Origin: Callorhinchus milii
Taxonomy: Eukaryota
Length of the DNA stretch: 64,000 nucleotides
Direction: 5' to 3'
Assembly (NCBI RefSeq): GCF_018977255.1
Contig: NW_024704743.1
Location: 108,502,001 to 108,566,000, forward strand
In this document: piece by piece, positions 1 to 13,195 of the stretch
Layout: each line of letters begins with the position of its first letter
How positions within the stretch are numbered: position 1 is the stretch's first letter
Made by a program: the position numbers and the translations under genes
Notes under the pieces: model-generated
Databases searched by the model: none
What the model was told of the DNA's origin: nothing
What the model saw: the letters and a program-made list of their open reading frames with translations, nothing else

Positions 1-169
1 ACCAGGGCGATAGAAAAACAGATCATTTTGTGCGGTATTTTGTAACGGTGTTTCTTAACTGAGAAATGTAGTCAATGAGGCTGATTCACGGGAAGGCCAT
101 ACAACTCGATCAGTTTTCGGAGCGAGCTTCCCTTGAGTTGGTGTGACGGTCTTAAAAGAATCCTGCAAA

Positions 170-302
170 ATTAATAATAATAATAACAATAATACTCCTC
201 CTTACATTTAACATAGTGCCTGATCACTTTGGTGAGATTTCTCAAATTACTTCAAAGGATTTTGCTGCAAAGTACAGTGACTGTGTTATTTTTAGGCAAA
301 CA
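170..302 (-). mobile_element. Degraded SINE 3' fragment (Deu-domain/L2-tail SINE)
   Basis: (AAT)n run followed by a degenerate reverse complement of the tail seen in the 20206 and 33754 SINEs (…tcaaattacttcaaaggatttt…aagtacagtgactgtg…). Confidence 0.55.
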
Positions 303-3300
303 AAATCAGCTTCTTTATACATGGCAATAAACAAAAAAAGATGCACCTGATAGAAAATTAACAAAGACTGTAGTGCATAAAAGTACCAAAGGTTATTTTT
401 CTCAAGCGAGTGAGAGCATGAGTGTAAATAGGTAAGAGAGTGGAGGAGAACGAGACCGAAGAAGAGACCAAAAAACACGGGCATAAAATGGTTGAACACT
501 CTGTTAGAAGAATGCTGTGGAAATATATCTTTGCAGAAATAGAATCCATTTCTAAATTTGGAACATCTTATTTTTCAGCCTGGCTTCGACAAGGTTTATG
601 AGCAATGGAGAATAGCGCTGTAGAGAAAGCTAGGCTAAGAGTAACTCGATCTCCCCACACAGTGATGTTTTTGCATGCTCCATTCTGCAGTTGACAGTGC
701 TTACTTAAACAATGCTAAAATTGTGGAGCCATCATCTTTTATTCAGTAGGTTCTGAGAGTAGTGAACGAGAAGCTTGAAATACATTAATGGCTCTTTAAC
801 CATTTGAGAATGTTATTTCAGCCACCGGAAGCCAAACTCGAATATCGTGACAAATACTTTTAGCTTGTCCCAAGATCATAGTGAATGAAATGTGCTAAGC
901 TTCTACATATTTCTGTATTTTCATTTAGAATCCTGAGCTGTAGAGATTTACTGGAAATCCTTGCTTCGATGGCTATCTGATTGAATAGACTGTGCATTTT
1001 GAAAGCTCAAACATTCAGTGCTGATTAAATGTGTTATTCTGTGTGTGTGTGGAAAGGTTCGTCTAAAAATATATTACATCTATAAGTGGCGTGTTCTGAT
1101 CCGGGAAGGGATGGGATGTCAATAGCAGTGAATGCCCTTTAAACCTGCAGGTACAATACCTTTTAAACCGGCCTTGCTTGGCAATTGCAAAGTGTAACCA
1201 TTTATCAGTGCATTTTTTTTGACATATCCTCTGAAGAACTGGTCTAAAACGCAGACAGATTTCCCACTTCTTGTAATGGCCTGTGGAGCTTCAAAGTCAA
1301 CGAGTTGCTCACAATTATTTGGCACTTTTTTTAAAAGACAAGGGGCACAATAGTCAAAGTTACCTATTTAAAATCATACGCAGGCATTTAAAAAAAAGGA
1401 TCACTTCTCTGCCTGGGTCAGATTTTGTCTGAATATGTTAAGTGGGAGAGCACATTCCTATTGCCTATCTACACATCAATTAACAAGGTGTTTGTGATCT
1501 GTGCCAAAGATGCAGTAATTGTGTTTAACAAATGACATAAAAAGTAATGGAGAGAGTGAATTGCCTCTTTGTTTTGACTGTTTGAAACGCTGTGTTATAA
1601 TGTTTGCCTCACTCCGAGGCACTTGTCCAAGTAATCATTCGTGACTTGACAAAGCAACACTTGTGTTTTATTGCTGGCTGTGCTGAACTTTTCTGCCTAG
1701 GCAGTGTTCCTTTCAATAGAACGCTATGCTAGAGGGCACAGTTATTTGAAAACAGTAAATCAGGGCCGTTGTACCATTGCTAATGTAACCAGTGACAAAG
1801 AACCACATTTTCCGTGAAACAGATACATTTCCATAGGAAATCACGCTGCCAAAAAAGCCTCCAAAGGAGAGAGCCAATGAAGGAAAGGAAGAAGAGAGAA
1901 GGAACGAAAGGAGTCAAATTAACAAGAGAAATTTTAGTGTAAAATCTCAAATGTTGATGTAAAATTGCTATAAAGCTTCAGCAGTTTTGCAGACAAATCT
2001 ATTGATAGGTTTAATAGTGTTGACATCTCATGCATGTGGATATCCTGGGATCAGTTTAAAAGATCCCTAGAAGTCTGGGCAAATTTATAAGGCATGCATG
2101 GAAATTAAATATTTTCGTGCAAAGACATAACAACAATGAAACTCAGCAGAGCTGCTGGTAAAATCTCTATCTCATTAATTTACATGTGATATAGGAAATC
2201 TGAGAAAATACTTTATTTAAAATCTGAGTCAAGGAACAAAAATCTCACAGCAACATTTCCCACATTTGTCCCTTAAAACAAAAAGGGTTTCTTCTGCATT
2301 TCACAAAAGCTGTTACTGTTAGACCTTTCATTATAACCGCGTTCAACTGTGACAAAGATACCCATTCTCTTCCGTAACACAAAAATGAAACACAGTCGTT
2401 GAGATTAAGTAAATAGTAATTTTGTTCGCTCTTCCCATATCTACAGTAGATAACTGTAACTGCGTTTGTTAACCTTTACATCCAAATCATCCAGGTGAGG
2501 TTAAAGTGGCTGAATGCTCTTTATGGATGATAGTGCAATTGCTTTACAAGGTGACACTGATGTTTCTTTGGTACTCTGGCTGGATCCTATTCAGTTGACC
2601 AGCTTGAAGTCGAGAAGGCATCATTGCTCTGCTTATGTTCATGTCTTTACCACATTGTTTTACTGCGTTAACCTACTCTCTGGCTGTTTTGATTTGTTGA
2701 TTTGCAGGGCACTGTTATTCCCTTGATTTTTATATACTAGTAAAAATAAACTTTACAAATGAGGAAACAATACAGTCCATAAAATATATTCCCAAATCCT
2801 TGTAAATAACTGGCAGGACAGTTTCCGTGGAGCTTTGAAGATGCTGTTTAATTGCAACATATTGACACAAATCTATTTGCTGAACACCAACCATTTTAAT
2901 ACAGGGCTTTCTTGAACAAGGGCTGATTTTTAATCGAACCATTAGGCTTTTATTTAGACTTTTAAAAATTTTATTTGAGTGACAATTAATTTGTTTTCTA
3001 CTTGAGGCAAAGACTGAAAATGTTGCTTTGTAATCCTGACAGGTATGTTAATAAAAGCCCCAAATAAACAGTGTTTTCCTGTTCATTATATTCACTGAAT
3101 AGATTGACAATATCTAAGCCCCAGTAGTTTCTTGAAAAGCTGCAATGTTTCACAATATATATCAGAGGATTCATTTTATTTAAGTTTTTTTCCAGTGAAT
3201 CAAGTGAAATTATTGAGGTGAAGCTACCATTAATATTGTCCTTGAGCTTTTGTCCTATTCAAAAAGCAATTTGTTTCTGGCCTGGTACTATCTGAACAAA

Positions 3301-6300
3301 CACAACTTTCAAAGCAGTTTCATGTTGGAAAAATACCCTTTTAATCAGATTACCTTTGGCTAACTTCCCAAAAGCAGACTGAAGTGCAGTGCTTGTGGTT
3401 TTTCAACAGCTTATGCTAAGCCTGCACCATGGAAATAATCTACTTTTAAACCCTGAGAAACAAATCAACTTTGTTAAGGACATAAGTCCCTGTCATTAGG
3501 CAGTGATTAGGATAAACATTTTTATACACTCACCCGTTATCCTGGCTAGCTTTCTAACAGACTGTGTTGGGGTCGGGGTAGGATGCATGTAGGTTATGTG
3601 GGGTATTGGGAGAAAAGACCATGGTTATGAATGGCTTGTGTTTTTATGCATTGGTTTTGCATAAAAAAACGAGTGGATCATTAATTGTTTCGGGCCTGTC
3701 ACTCCCNTTTTTTATATCAAAAATGTTTCAAGCATTTTGTTTCTGTTGCTTTTAAGGATCTCTTTGTATTCTGAAACGGAATCAGACACCCGTGATAATT
3801 GTTTTACAAAACTCTTACAAAGATTATCAATGTGCATGAATGTGGATGTGTACAAGAGCATGCGTGCGTGTGTGTGAGCGTATGCAAGAGACAGACAGAG
3901 AGAGATTGTGAATGCTTAATGCAGTTTGGTATAGAGTGGTTTCACTTCATCATTTATTCTCTAATTATTTCTGTGTTTATTGATGAAAAGATTTTTTTAA
4001 AAAACCTGCTCTTTAAACACTCAATTGCAGTCACACATATTTGTGGAATTTAGCAACATTTGATTTAAAACATTTTTATATTTTTGGTTATACATATATA
4101 TATTTTCACGATTTCCAGAAATATACATAGATATATATTTTAGGAAATGGGTGAAAATTATTTTCAAAATCCATCCTTTTCTTAAGTGGAGAAAAGCCAC
4201 GGTGCTATTTTTGAGCAGGCTAATAAAATATTTAAAAGGCTGTTATCTTGCACGTCATTCAGAGAGTGCAGCAAATATACATTTGTTTTTATTTCATTTG
4301 GCTTTCGGATTGAAGGTTTCGCAGCAATGCTACGAGCAACTAGGAAGCACCGCCCCACAGGAACACGTCCAGCATTCAGTAAAGAGCGGTTCAGCACAGT
4401 TGCAGCCGAACATTGCGGCTCAATAAAGGCAATAGGGGTCAAAAAGAAATATGAATACAAAATGTGCCTTGAAAAGATTGAGGGGCCTGTGCATGGGTTT
4501 AAAGGTGCATTGGTTTAAACATGCAAACTTCAAATCATGTCAGAGGTTGTGGAGCTCAATCTGGATTGCATCTGGTTTACAATTTCCTTGTAAGATATCG
4601 CACTTAAGTCAACAGCAAAATCCCCCTCATTCCAAACCACCCCCGCCCCCTACCACCACTACCTTGTCCCATCATATGTTTGATGCTCCCCAGCCAAATT
4701 ACTGGGAATTCAAGATTTATCTTATTTTTAGTCGACTCCAAAGAAAAAGCAAAATCATGTTTATGCGTTCGCTCCTTTAACCTGCAGGAATTCGAACTGT
4801 ATTAAAAAACTACTGATAAAAACTGCAAGTGCACATGATATGATTTCTACATGAACAGGAACTTTAGTGACTTGCTTTTTTTTAAAAAAAGGAAGTGTTT
4901 GTCTTTATATATAACATATATCTATTATATGCATTTGTTACATCTCTGTTTACCTCTGAAATCAGTCGAGAGAATTAACAATTCTAACAAGAACAATAAT
5001 TTAGAGTCGAGTGAAAGTATAAAAGCACTGCAAATTTAGGCTACTGAAAGTAAATTTTGTTCACTAGTAAAAACGTTATTTGGTTAGTAGTTTAAAATGC
5101 AATGATAGGAGAAGCCCCAAAGAATGAATTATACCTTTATACATCCTTATTCTCTGCATACAGATATTCTTTATTCAAACATTTCCCCTGCACTGAGAAA
5201 ACATACCACTGAACTCCAACCTCAAAATTGTGCTGCGTTTCGGGTTTTTACATAAATTCATAGACTTTTAACAGTGGGTTCTATTTGAAAAATTACACTA
5301 GCATTCTGAGAACAGCACGATCAGATTTTTACTTGCGGGTGATTAAGAAATACAGTGTTTTGTGAATTTCAATTCTGAAGGAAATAACACACTGCTGTGA
5401 ACAAGGAAATATTTTGCTGGATCTGAAATCCCAGCAGCTAAAGCAGATTAAAACAAAGGAGTGATATCTGTTGAAGAAAGCTTGAAGGGCTGAACAATTT
5501 TACAGAATCCAGGTCAAATGGGTTGGAAAAAGTTAGGCCCTATCTACTTTATTTCTGCATAAAATTAATATATATTAAAATCAGTGAGAGTTGTATTTTC
5601 TCTGAGGGACTTGGTGAGGGATGATTCGGAATAACACTATGATGATGTGCCCTGAAACAGCCATGGAAAGTTTTTTATTATTCCAGGACTCATGTCCTCC
5701 CAGTCAATGAATTAATACCTCCTATTTTTACAGCATTGGAATATCTCTAAGAAAACATCATTCGGGGAGGGGGGAGGAGGGAATATACAATTCTCAAGGA
5801 GAGAGAAAAAAAGAGACAATTTTCAACAACACAGGTAGAGTTCAAGGACATCTCCATTTTGTGTCTGCCAAAATGTCAGAGTAGAATGTGAGACAAAATG
5901 GAGGTAAAGCCTTGTTGTAATTCAGGCACAGTTACTAATAGACCAAGATACAAAGGTACCGTTGGGCTTTATGAAGAAACATAGCTGGATATTGCAGGGA
6001 GAAACAGAGACGTCATGCTGGTAAGACTGTAGTTTCATGTATTTACTAATTGATCCTAGGTGACTAATGTTAGCACAGGCTCACATGCACATACACACAC
6101 ACACACGTGCACACACAATAGGAATTCAATGTCTCAGCGTTGTAGTTATAAAATATATAGTTTACTGAGGTGTGTAAGCCGAGTGTGCATTGTGCTTGAC
6201 TTGAGTAGTTTAAGGCTTATTTAAGATATTGGGAGAACCTAGTGTTTTGCTGATACCCCAGCTTGTAACACGGTATCAGCAAACAGCCGAGAGAACGGAG

Positions 6301-7691
6301 GCAATGATAATGGTAACAAGTGTGCCTAGGCACAAATTGACTTGTTTTCTTCAATAATAACACATTCGCGCAGAGAGTTTCTGGAACACCGATATTATTC
6401 ACTATGGTTGATCCCAGTTCTGTGCAATGGGTTGGGAGTGACAAAAACTGCTGACCATAATCAGACATATATAATGAGACAACTATACCATTACTGATTA
6501 TGTAAGGGATGTGATTTGGGCTCGGGGAACGCTTTGCACGCATCAGGACATTGTCATCAATTTGCCTCTGTCAGAACGGTACATAATCTGCATTTGACTG
6601 CATTTAAATAAGCCTGCGGGGAAACCGAAGTCCATCCGCATCACTGGAACGAATGTTTGTTAGATTTTTACTGATGTCTCGATAGCAGCGAGACCTTGAT
6701 CCATGGAGTAAACGTTATCGGGTTGCAAATGAACCAAGAAGAAAGCACTAATCAGCGCACATTCATGGCGAGCCTGCAGTGCAGTAACGTTTGTAACCAG
6801 ATGATCTGATACATCAATGGAACGGAGGCAGCAGCCGCCCACCAAAGGGTTAAGTGACAAGCTCAGGGGGAAACCGCATGCACAACTGAAAAGTAAAGAG
6901 ATCATTCCAATAAACTCGGCCGATCCAGTACAGGAGGACAGACATTTCAATGCAGAAATACGTTACTCTTCCCATTCAGTCACTGTGAATGCTTTTAAGC
7001 GAATATATTGTTTTCCTCAGCAATCATATCTGTTATTTGTTGTTGTTTCGTTAGATGTGGTATTCAGATTACATTTTCATAACACTTATGTTGTATGGAA
7101 CAATTTCTGAAATTATATATTTCATGTAATGCCATTGAAAAGATTTATCAATATTCAAGATATTGGAAATGAATTGAATGACTACCGCAGACCATAGTTT
7201 TCCAGTGTCCTTATCGACAAGGCAGAAATATTTCCTTTTCAGAAATTGTGTTTTAAATCAATAGAAATTGACTCCATTGCAAATCCTTGGTGTTTTGGTC
7301 ATTTCAGATTCCTGCCAATGCCTCTGATTTGTGCAATATACTGGGACACTGGGACTGTATCCATTAATGTGTCACCTACATTAATTTATTTGACCAGATT
7401 TGCGTTAATGTCGTGTCCTGGACTCGGGCAAGGCAAAAACACGACAACCAGAAACAAAGAGCAGGCAAGCCAAGTGTAGAGAAAACACTCTCCATAGTAT
7501 ACAATCTGTATGTACGGCAGAGACATACTAGCAAAACAATCATCCTGAGTTTAAAATTCACTTGCAGTGCAAATGCGTCTCTTGAAGCGAGTGTTCAGCC
7601 GTCACTTCACAACCAAGTGTTAATAGAATAAAAGTATAATTCCAGATAAACTTCACACTATGCATCTAATGTGATGCTTTAAATGTCTCAG

Positions 7692-7693
<2 letters not shown>

Positions 7694-7722
<29 letters not shown>
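7694..7722. repeat. (TA)n microsatellite
   Basis: Uninterrupted TA run of about 14 units. Confidence 0.95.
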
Positions 7723-7724
<2 letters not shown>

Positions 7725-8259
7725 GCACACACATATATATAACCTCTCGACTCCATAACAATTATTTAGGCACAGTGCTTTTCACTTACGAACACTATAC
7801 ATTTTACTGTACAAATAAAAAATCACAATCTCGGCACAAATAGAATTTCATATAACCAACCAGTGCAGACGCTTGACAGTTCATCTAACAGCAGCAGAAA
7901 TGAAAATCTGATGGTTAAGCGTGAATGACAGCAACTGAGGCACTCAAATCACACAGAATGGAGTGGGCCTGTTGTGACTTACTTTTACATAGCATTAGAC
8001 GGCACTGACTTTGGGGAAATATGATGTCAGTCTGAGGCGAAATCTCTGCACCCCCTTTCTCCGACCAATGCTCCCTTCCCCACTCCCCTCAGCCTCCCTC
8101 CCTCCCCACCATCAACAGCCAGAATTCAATATCATCTTTCAATTTGACAGAATAATCTGTACCTGCAGAAACGAAAGCTAAATGTAGAGCGCTGAAATTG
8201 AGGAGAACCCTTTTTTTTGCAAATGTATTGTTTAACCTTCATCATATTAGGCATCATTC

Positions 8260-8362
8260 ACCCACAAAGCACACAGTCACTACTCGTTATGGTAAATCCT
8301 GTACTGCGCTTTGAGACATCCTGCCGACGTGAAAGCTGCTGAATCAAATGCAAGGATTATTT
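8260..8362 (+). mobile_element. SINE 3' tail fragment
   Basis: cagtcact…gcgctttgagacatcctgccgacgtgaaagctgctgaatcaaatgcaaggattat matches the SINE tail at 20431-20520. Confidence 0.7.
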
Positions 8363-8569
8363 TTGTTTTCAAATATAAAATGGTGCAAATGAATTATTTT
8401 TGAACAACGGGGTCAATTTTCTGGTATTTCTGAACAGAATTTGTTAATTAAGAAATTAATTAAGACGCTGGCTCATGAGAACATTCTAACTTGATCCATT
8501 TTCAGAGAAGGGTTCAGTCAAGTTGCATGATGAGGGTGATATAAGTACAGAAGAATGCCCTCTCAATTT

Positions 8570-8652
8570 CCTGCTCGGGTCCAAATCCCTGACTGTCCAG
8601 CACCTTGGGATGTACTCCCAATGTAAAAGCTGCTACACAAATGTAATTTTGT
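8570..8652 (+). mobile_element. L2 LINE extreme 3' tail
   Basis: gctcgggtcc…ctgtccagcaccttgggatgt…tgtaaaagctgctacacaaatgtaattttgt aligns to the L2 terminus at 12836-12920. Confidence 0.65.
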
Positions 8653-8902
8653 AATTTTATATTAAGAAATCCTATTATGAAACACTGCAAAATTTACCCC
8701 ATGGTTTCAAGATAATCCCCCCACCTCACCAAAAAAAAGCCAGGAAATGAAATGTAATGAACTGAGGATGTACTGTAAAGTGTAGTCACTGTTGTTTTGC
8801 TCGTGATATAGTTTCTCACAGTTCTTAAAAAGAACTGGAGTCCCAATAAAGATTCAATTTAAGAATTTCGGCGAATCCTGCTTTATCTTCAATTTCAGGT
8901 AA

Positions 8903-8960
8903 AAACAGCAACAACAACAACAACAAATTGCATTTATGCAGTGCCTTTTACATCGGGAGA
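8903..8960 (-). mobile_element. L2 LINE 3' tail
   Basis: (AAC)n followed by aaattgcatttatgcagtgccttttacatcggga, the reverse complement of the L2 terminus. Confidence 0.55.
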
Positions 8961-10149
8961 ACAGCCTTACAGGCTAAGACTCGGCGGAATTCTGGGTTTA
9001 GCGTGCCCTAGCATCAGCATCTAAATTTCAGGAAAAGAGAACCTTTTGAACCTTTTGCTCTGTCTGAATTTATGTGAGTTGTTCATTTTGTCAATGCAAC
9101 GCAGAGTATTTGATTCACAACATTAAGAGCAATAACCCACTTTCACCAGGTGAGATTCCATCCTTATGAAGCCAAATGCATTATTTCAATGCCCAGTCAG
9201 CCCCACTATCAAGGTTTGAGATCCTCTTGTGACATTAATGTCACCTCGGGGAAAATGTTTGCGATAATTTACAGGGAGAATTGCAGGAAGAAAGGTTTGT
9301 GGTACCAAAATGCTTGTAAATAGAATTACAAGAGGTTTGCAAAAAGAAGTTTTCTTTATATAATGAAAGACTTGTAAATTGAGGTTGTTATGCCATAAGG
9401 TTTGCAATAAGAAGGTTCATCACTATACAAGATTTGTATCTGATCATGTGCTATAAAATCACCAGATCAGGCAAATAGCTTTTGTCCATTTACTTTTGTT
9501 TACTCAGGGAAGAAGAATTTGAAGGTCAGCCACCCCAGGGAAGAGTCAGTCACCATAGGGGAGAAGTCAGAGAGGTGGAAGAAGAATCAAAGAGTTAGTC
9601 CTTTGTGGAACCAGGCGCAAGGTGGATGGCGTAATCCTGATCCTATATTCTTAATCTTTCTAGGTTGTCTTATGAGCCTTCGTGAAATAGCTTCATTGTG
9701 TTTTGAATCATATCCTTGGATTTCTACTTATTTTACTAACCTGGTAATTTTTCCCTTTAACATGGCAGCTTGCCATCAGGTTGAGGTCGCTGCTAGGGGG
9801 AGGGTGTGGAGGTCAATGCAAAAGGAGAAATTGCTCAGGGTGAAGTCCCTTTGTCATGTCACTCAAGTCCACATCCACAGGGAAAAGAAAGGCAATAGTT
9901 CACACAGACTTCCACTGTCCAGACCAACAATCTCTCCCAAACCATAGGGGCAAACGGGGAGAGAAAGCAGGGAAGCAATTACCAAAAAACATCCTCCAAG
10001 ACGTTCTCTCGCAATAGATTGAGCAAAGAGAATGTGGATTGCTCCTCATTGCCCCTACTCCCTGGAGGGGAGAAAGCACAACATCAAAACATCAGAGATT
10101 GTGTATCAGTATTGAGGTGTGTGTATGTCAATGCACAAAGTGTATAACT

Positions 10150-10230
10150 GGACTAAATGGATAGCTCTATGAGAGAGCCAGTCTGGGCACAGTGGCTGAA
10201 TGGTCTCCTTCTGTGCCGTGAATTTCTATC
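10150..10230 (+). mobile_element. CR1 LINE 3' UTR fragment
   Basis: ggatagctct…gagccag…gctgaatggtctccttctgtgccgtgaatttcta aligns to the CR1 tail at 51089-51170. Confidence 0.6.
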
Positions 10231-11339
10231 TTTCTCCTCCTTTCACCTCCCACCCCAGCAGACCTGCCATCACCCTAAGCAAATTGGATGACAGACCTTG
10301 ATGAAACGGTCAGTGACATGCAGAAAACCTTCATTGGTTTCTTTAACTCCATCATTACTGAAGCTGGCACAGTACAGGATTATTAAATGGTTCGTATCAG
10401 TTTTTGCAGCGTGTGCAGTTGCTCTGCTTCCAGAGAGAAATTCAGCTTATGGTGCTGTTTCTTAAACACTAGACTCCAATTGCTGCACCTTCTGGAGTGA
10501 AATCCTCTAAGGTGTGGGATTGATTCCATTCCCATGTTATACCCGGATTCACACTCAAACACTCATGTACCAGAAGCTTTGCTTTAAGAAGCAGTTCACT
10601 TACAAAAATGCCATTTCTCTTCAGATTGTCTCTTTAGCCACAGAAAAGAACACTGTCAGTGCAATGGTTTACCTTTCAATACTGGGCTTTGCAGCCTGTG
10701 CCCCAAGCCTGAACATTTCCCTATTTTCATTTCAAGCATGATATCTGTAATGTATACATTGCTGATGAGATATATCTCTGCTGCTTCTGGTTATATATTG
10801 ATTATTGATATATCCTTCTATATCATCTTTTGTACATAATTAGTTGGTATTTGGTGCTGACTTCCTAAGATTATGGTCTCAACACTGAGACTGTCTCCTC
10901 AATTTAGATGCTATTTTTGAATGTTTTTCTAGTGTATTTAGAAAATGAAATAATAGTTTTTTAAAAAAGAAATATTAGCTCATCCTTTATACCTATTTCT
11001 GTTTCCTGTGTGCAATTTCTAATTTGTTCTCAACTCCACGACATGTGGTTTAAGTTTAGAAATTTGAAATGTATTGTGTGGGGGAAGGAACATCTGGCAC
11101 ATTGGGCCCACTGTATTGATGCATTACCAATTTCTAAGTGTAAGTTGTATCTTGCATTTCAATATCAAACTCAAAGGCTTCATAAGAAGATCTGCTATTC
11201 TGCAGCTCCATTCACCTGTACAGAATCAATGAAAAGTCAGCTTTTTGTCATCTTACAATCATTAAGATGTGTGATTTGTAGTAAAGAATATGTCCCATCC
11301 ACTTTAACTCTAGCCTTCATAAGCACACATATCAGTTCA

Positions 11340-11710
11340 TGAACTATGTCAAACAGTTGGACAAGCTAGGGATCTTCAGTCTAGAAAGAAGATGACCCAG
11401 GGGGAACCATTTAGAGCTGTACAAAATTTTAAATGGGATTCAAAAAGTAAACCCAGAACAATACTTTAGGATGCGCAAAGACACTAGAACAAGAGGACAT
11501 TGGTTTAGAGTTGTAAAGAGCATTTCAGGACAGACACCCCAGAATAATTAACGACTGGACTAGGCTGCCAGGAAGGGTCGTTAAGGCCTGGACACTGGAC
11601 CCGTTTAAAAGCAGCTTGAGATTGTGATGGTAGCATAGTAGGGTGGGTATTCTACACGGATTCAATGGGGGCCTTCTTCATCAGGGCCAATCTTGTGATT
11701 TTGTATCATA
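11340..11710 (+). mobile_element. CR1-type LINE 3' fragment (decayed ORF2 C-terminus plus UTR)
   Basis: Translates with stops/frameshifts to LDKLGIFSLERR…LYKILNG…TRGH, the CR1 ORF2 end motif also seen at 50750-50830. Confidence 0.8.
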
Positions 11711-11771
11711 ACATCACGTGCCAGCAGATGTTGAAATTATTGGACACAGATAGCCAGGAAATTCCACTTAG

Positions 11772-12923
11772 TCGTACCTCTCACACCACCTGCACTTCAT
11801 CTCCTCAAACAGCTTCTCCTCTAGCCCCCAGACCGTCTTGTGCGGCATTCCTCAGGGCTCTATCCTTGGTCACCTCCTCTTCAATATCTACATGCTCCCT
11901 CTCAGTGACATCATCCACAGACATGGGGTCAACTTCCACATGTATGCGGATGACTTCTAACTCTACCTCTCTACCTCCACCCTTGACTCCAGGACCACTG
12001 TTGTCCTAACAGAATGTCTGTCAGACATCAAGTCCTGGATAAGGGCTAACTTTCTTTATTTGCATAGTCGAGCCTCAACAAGACTGAAGATCTCCTGATT
12101 GATTCCCATCAGCACCTCCTCACCTCAGGCACTGACAGCATCACCATCCATGGTTTCACACTCCATCTGGCTAAGCCAGTCCAGAACTTTGGGGTCTTGT
12201 TTGACCCTCAACTATCCTTTCTACCCCACATCTGCATCATGGACCGCTCTGCCTTACCCCACCGCCGCAACGTCGCCCGACTCCGACACTGTCTCACACC
12301 GCAGGCTGCCGAAACTCTCATACACACCTTTATTACATTGAGGCTCGACTATGCAAACTCACTGCTTGTCGACCTCCCAAACTCCTCCCTCCACAGGCTG
12401 TAGATCATCCAGAACTCTGCAGCCCGTGTCCTCTTCTTCACTAGACTCCGCGACCCTATCACCCCCATCCTTGCCCAATTCCACTGGCCTCCCATCACAC
12501 AGAAGATACAGTTCAAAATCCTGGTCCTCACCTTCAAAGCCCTCCATGGTCTTACTCCCCCCTACCTCTCTGACCTCCTAACCCCCTACCACCGTGTTCA
12601 CTCCTTCCTCACAGCAGGCTCCGGCCTGCTTCACATCCCCCACCTTGCTCTCCCCACTATTGGCAGGCAGGCCTTCCGCCACTCTGCACCCACCCTCTGA
12701 AACTTCATCCTGCAGTCCCTCCGCCTTGCCCGTCCCTTGCCAACTTCAAACCCACCTCACAACCCTCCTCTTCAACCGTGCTTTCAATCTCCTTGCTTCC
12801 CCCCTGCCCTCCACCCTCCCCCATCCCGACCCCTAGCTCGGGTCCGTAACTCTGTCTGTCCAGTGCCTTGGGACATCCTCTCGATGTAAAAGGCGCTATA
12901 CAAATATAATTTTGTTGTTGTTT
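11772..12923 (+). mobile_element. 5'-truncated L2-clade LINE (decayed reverse transcriptase and 3' tail)
   Basis: 11844-11954 reads GIPQGSILGHLLFNIYMLPLSDIIHRHGVNFHMYADD (RT PQG and YADD motifs); further on RLDYANSLL…IQNSAAR…LHWLPI-like…FKAL; stops and frameshifts present; ends aggcgctatacaaatataattttgttgttgtt. Confidence 0.95.
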
Positions 12924-13022
12924 TAGTCAAAACCCATAAGACCATTTTGTCTTAAAGATTAAAATTGGGAAATATTCTTCAATTCAACATGAATTTTGGA
13001 AGCTGTTTTTCTGTTGTTCTTT

Positions 13023-13195
13023 AATATAATAATAATCCTTGCATTTGATACAGAGCTTTTCACGTCTTCTTGACGTCTCAAAGCGTTTCACAGAATAGAC
13101 TGTAAAGTGAATTGACCGATATTTGTGGGCAAAACGCGGCAACCAATTGCACACAGACAGATGTGGATTTAAAATGACCAATTTTTTAAATAAGA
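13023..13195 (-). mobile_element. SINE 3' half (same family as 20206)
   Basis: aataataatccttgcatttgata…aagcgtttcacagaat…gtaaagtgaattgac…aaccaattgc…aaaatgaccaatt is the reverse complement of about 20350-20520. Confidence 0.85.

Noticed and set aside
1..162. Minus-strand exon after the ttttgcag acceptor
   Set aside because: All three frames hit stops within about 36 codons, the peptides are unrecognisable, and the upstream T-rich tract is a SINE (ATT)n tail
1724..1740. CTCF site (atgctagagggcac; similar ctgctagggggag at about 9790)
   Set aside because: Only partial matches to the core motif; not distinguishable from chance without ChIP or conservation data
5926..6020. Possible coding exon (ttcag|…ctg|gtaaga, one open frame AQLLIDQDTKVPLGFMKKHSWILQGETETSC)
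   Set aside because: The peptide is not recognisable, the polypyrimidine tract is weak and no partner exons were found; it cannot be supported without RNA-seq
6190..6200. miRNA genes (ttgtgcttga like the miR-218 5' end; ttgcatagtc like miR-153 at about 12060)
   Set aside because: Only about 10 nt match, the rest of the mature sequence diverges and no precursor hairpin is evident
7203..7351. MITE bounded by cagtgtcc…ggacactg
   Set aside because: Only an 8-bp inverted match, no TSD and no second copy in the window
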